DNA of 58,429 nt from Bacteroidota bacterium (GTDB lineage Bacteria; Bacteroidota; Bacteroidia; AKYH767-A; OLB10): positions 1 through 58,429 of the forward strand of contig CANGJU010000003.1 in NCBI GenBank assembly GCA_947453935.1, written 5' to 3'. The notes beneath the pieces are model-generated. The model was given only the letters and a program-made list of their open reading frames with translations. It was not told the DNA's origin and made no database searches. Shown here piece by piece: positions 56,035 to 58,429 of this stretch (position 1 is its first letter; each line of letters starts with the position of its first letter). Both the position numbers and the translations under genes were made by a program.

Positions 56035-57774
56035 TTAGTTTACACCGTGCATCATTTTAATTAATTTTCTATAAAGTGCTAACAAGATAAGTGAAGCAGC
56101 TCCACTTAATACGATAAACACGCAGAAGAAAATAAATAAGTTATTGATTTGAATTCCTAAGATACTTGGAATTTCTGTCGATGCTTCTTCGCCAGCTCCT
56201 GGAGGAATTAACGCACTTAAGGTTCCTGCTAATTTATTAGCTACTGCATTTGCTAAGAACCATGTTCCCATTAGTAAAGATGATAATCTAACGGGTGCGA
56301 GTTTACTAACCATACTTAATCCGATAGGTGATAAGCAAAGTTCTCCCATTGTATGTACAATGTATAACGCAAATAACCAGAACATCGCAATTTTTGTAGA
56401 AGACGAAATTCCGCTAACAGCAAATGCAATAATCACATATCCTAATGCAACTAAACCAAGACCTAATGCCATTTTAAGAGGCGAAGAAGGTTCCATATTT
56501 AGCTTCGCTAATTTTCCCCACATTACTGTGAAGAAAGGTGCAAGAATAATAATTGCTAATGGGTTTACCGACTGGAACCAAGGAGAAGGGAATTCTGATA
56601 AATGAATATCAGCAATAAATCCGAAAGCAGTTAACGAAATAACAAGTAAGACTCCAACTACCTGAATAATTTTTACAATTTTTGATGTCCATTCGAAGAA
56701 CCATCCTAATGCATTTCCTAAGAAATAAATGATTGTTGCATATACAGCTGCAATCATATACGCACTGATGTTGATATCAATTGCTCTGTCTACTTGCTGA
56801 TCAGCAAATAAGGTTAATGATGCACCAGCTTGTTCGAAACATGCCCAGAAGAAAATTACGAAGAACGCAAGAATGAAAATTACAATGATTCGCTCTCTTT
56901 CATCTTTTGTTAAGGATTTATCTCTTAAGATGACCAAAGGCATAACGATTAGTGAAAGGTAAATTAAATATCCTACGACATCAAGATTCGCAATGGTGTG
57001 TGATAATGAATGTGCATCAGCAATTGCTCCAGCGCTTAAGAAAAATCCTACTATTGTTTTGTAATTTAAGAATGCAAAAATTGCAAGAATAGAACCCACA
57101 ATCGATAATCCTGTTTTCATATCTAACTTAGCAACCGGCATTCCTAAGTCGCTTCCATCAGGACCTTTTAAATGTTTGTTCTTTAATAATTCAAATGAAA
57201 TCAAACTTAAAATCATTCCTATTGCAGCAGCTAAGAATCCGTATTTGAAGTCTGTAAAGCTTCCACAAATCAAAGGAGAGAAAAATGCTCCCATATTGAT
57301 ACCCATGTAGAAAATGGTAAATGCACCATCTACGCGACTATCATTTTTAGGATATAACTGACCTACCATTGTCGAGATGTTCGGTTTGAAAAAGCCATTA
57401 CCAATAATTAGTAATGTTAATCCAGCCCACATAAATGTAACGGCTGATGCCGATTGTACATCTGGCAAAGTCATGGTCGCACTAAGGTATAAGAACAATT
57501 GTCCTACAGCCATTAATATACCACCGTATAAGATACTTCTTCTGTTTCCCCAATACTTATCGCATAAGTAACCTCCTAATAGCGGAGTCAAGTAAACAAG
57601 TCCGGTAAAGCTTCCATAAATATTAGAAGCGAATGCTTTATCAATGAATAAAGCTTTTGTCATGTACAGAATGAAAATTGCTCTCATTCCATAGTAACTG
57701 AAGCGTTCCCACATTTCTGTGAAGAAGAGTAGGTATAACCCCCTCGGATGTCCGCTTTGATTGGTTGTGCTCAT
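56035..57774 (-). CDS. POT/PTR-family peptide:H+ symporter (second paralog)
   Basis: EMWERFSYYGMR, GFFKPNIS, FQSVNP, GELCLSP. Confidence 0.95.
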   Translation of the reverse strand: MSTTNQSGHPRGLYLLFFTEMWERFSYYGMRAIFILYMTKALFIDKAFASNIYGSFTGLVYLTPLLGGYLCDKYWGNRRSILYGGILMAVGQLFLYLSATMTLPDVQSASAVTFMWAGLTLLIIGNGFFKPNISTMVGQLYPKNDSRVDGAFTIFYMGINMGAFFSPLICGSFTDFKYGFLAAAIGMILSLISFELLKNKHLKGPDGSDLGMPVAKLDMKTGLSIVGSILAIFAFLNYKTIVGFFLSAGAIADAHSLSHTIANLDVVGYLIYLSLIVMPLVILRDKSLTKDERERIIVIFILAFFVIFFWACFEQAGASLTLFADQQVDRAIDINISAYMIAAVYATIIYFLGNALGWFFEWTSKIVKIIQVVGVLLVISLTAFGFIADIHLSEFPSPWFQSVNPLAIIILAPFFTVMWGKLAKLNMEPSSPLKMALGLGLVALGYVIIAFAVSGISSSTKIAMFWLFALYIVHTMGELCLSPIGLSMVSKLAPVRLSSLLMGTWFLANAVANKLAGTLSALIPPGAGEEASTEIPSILGIQINNLFIFFCVFIVLSGAASLILLALYRKLIKMMHGVN

Positions 57775-57930
57775 GCGTTTTATTTGGTTTGGTTAGTTTA
57801 AAATTAAGATGATTCTACTTTAACGGCTCTAATGTAATTAAAAGATGGGTTCTTCCAAAACGGATTTATTTACGGCAGGCTAATTAATTAACAATTAGCT
57901 GTAAATTCGCATCACAAAACTCATTAATTT

Positions 57931-58236
57931 ATGTTCGATATACTCAGTAAACTCGGTGATGTGCAAAAGAAAATGGAAGAGGTGAAAACGCGCCTCAATA
58001 CCGTTTATGTAGAAGGTGTTTCTGCACAAGGTCAGGTGAAAATAACTCTCACCGCCAATAAAAAAATGAAGTCTATCGATATCGATCCCTGTCTCCTTTT
58101 CCCTGAACGAAAAGAAGAAGTGCAGGATTTTCTAGAGTTAGCTTTTGCCGAAGCACTTAGAAAAGCTGATGAGATTTCAGAAACAGAAATGAAAGCCGCA
58201 GGTCGTGATATGTTACCAGGATTTCCAGGATTTTAA
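57931..58236 (+). CDS. YbaB/EbfC family nucleoid-associated protein
   Basis: VEGVSAQGQVKITLTANK..KSIDID..LL......VQDFL..AF.EAL.KA pattern. Confidence 0.85.
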   Translation: MFDILSKLGDVQKKMEEVKTRLNTVYVEGVSAQGQVKITLTANKKMKSIDIDPCLLFPERKEEVQDFLELAFAEALRKADEISETEMKAAGRDMLPGFPGF

Positions 58237-58244
58237 TTTATTCC

Positions 58245-58429
58245 ATGATGACAACTCAAGAACAAAAAGCATATTTGCTAAATCAATTAATCAACGATTT
58301 TAAGTCGATACATCTACCTGCAAAAGCGAATTGGGGCAAATTGAATTTTAATCAGATGCTGGAACATTTAATTGATTCTTGCAAGAATGCCAGCGGTGAT
58401 ATTTCGTTTGATACGATTCATTCTCCCGA
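58245..58429 (+). CDS. DinB/DUF1569-like protein, 5' fragment (runs off window edge)
   Basis: Manual translation MMTTQEQKAY...ANWGKLNFNQMLEHL matches the WG.M...QM..H pattern. Confidence 0.55.
   Translation, partial: MMTTQEQKAYLLNQLINDFKSIHLPAKANWGKLNFNQMLEHLIDSCKNASGDISFDTIHSP

Overview
A 58.4-kb, AT-rich chromosomal segment from a Bacteroidota bacterium, judged from TAnnTTTG -7 promoter boxes, a T9SS C-terminal sorting domain and Bacteroidota-type gene clusters. Most of it is housekeeping: coaD, rsmD, lolD-like, lptF/G, rplS, clpS, tRNA-Arg(ACG), plsY, prmA, hutI-ftcD, pdxH, mnmH-selD, split pntAB, cmk-ispH-rpsA, pyrR-pyrB, rnz, pfkA and two POT transporters. The main find is a compact locus at 35924-38317 inside an accessory block between selD and pntB. 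It holds an N-terminally truncated DnaB-like (SF4) helicase gene, a 165-nt intergenic region with retron msr-msd hallmarks (10-bp terminal inverted repeat, a candidate branching G, an RNA stem-loop and a DNA-type GCGTAGC hairpin on the cDNA strand), and a retron-type reverse transcriptase (NAxxH, YADD, VTG). This looks like a tripartite retron with a helicase-like partner that I do not recognise among described retron effector classes. Other notable items: a roughly 650-bp mosaic array of hairpin repeats between tRNA-Arg and a HigBA-like operon, two convergent orphan antitoxin-type genes, a histone H1-like/START-domain fusion, a small PD-(D/E)XK-like protein and a PorE-like protein ending in a SPOR-like domain. 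All calls come from motif recognition by eye; no database searches or folding programs were run.
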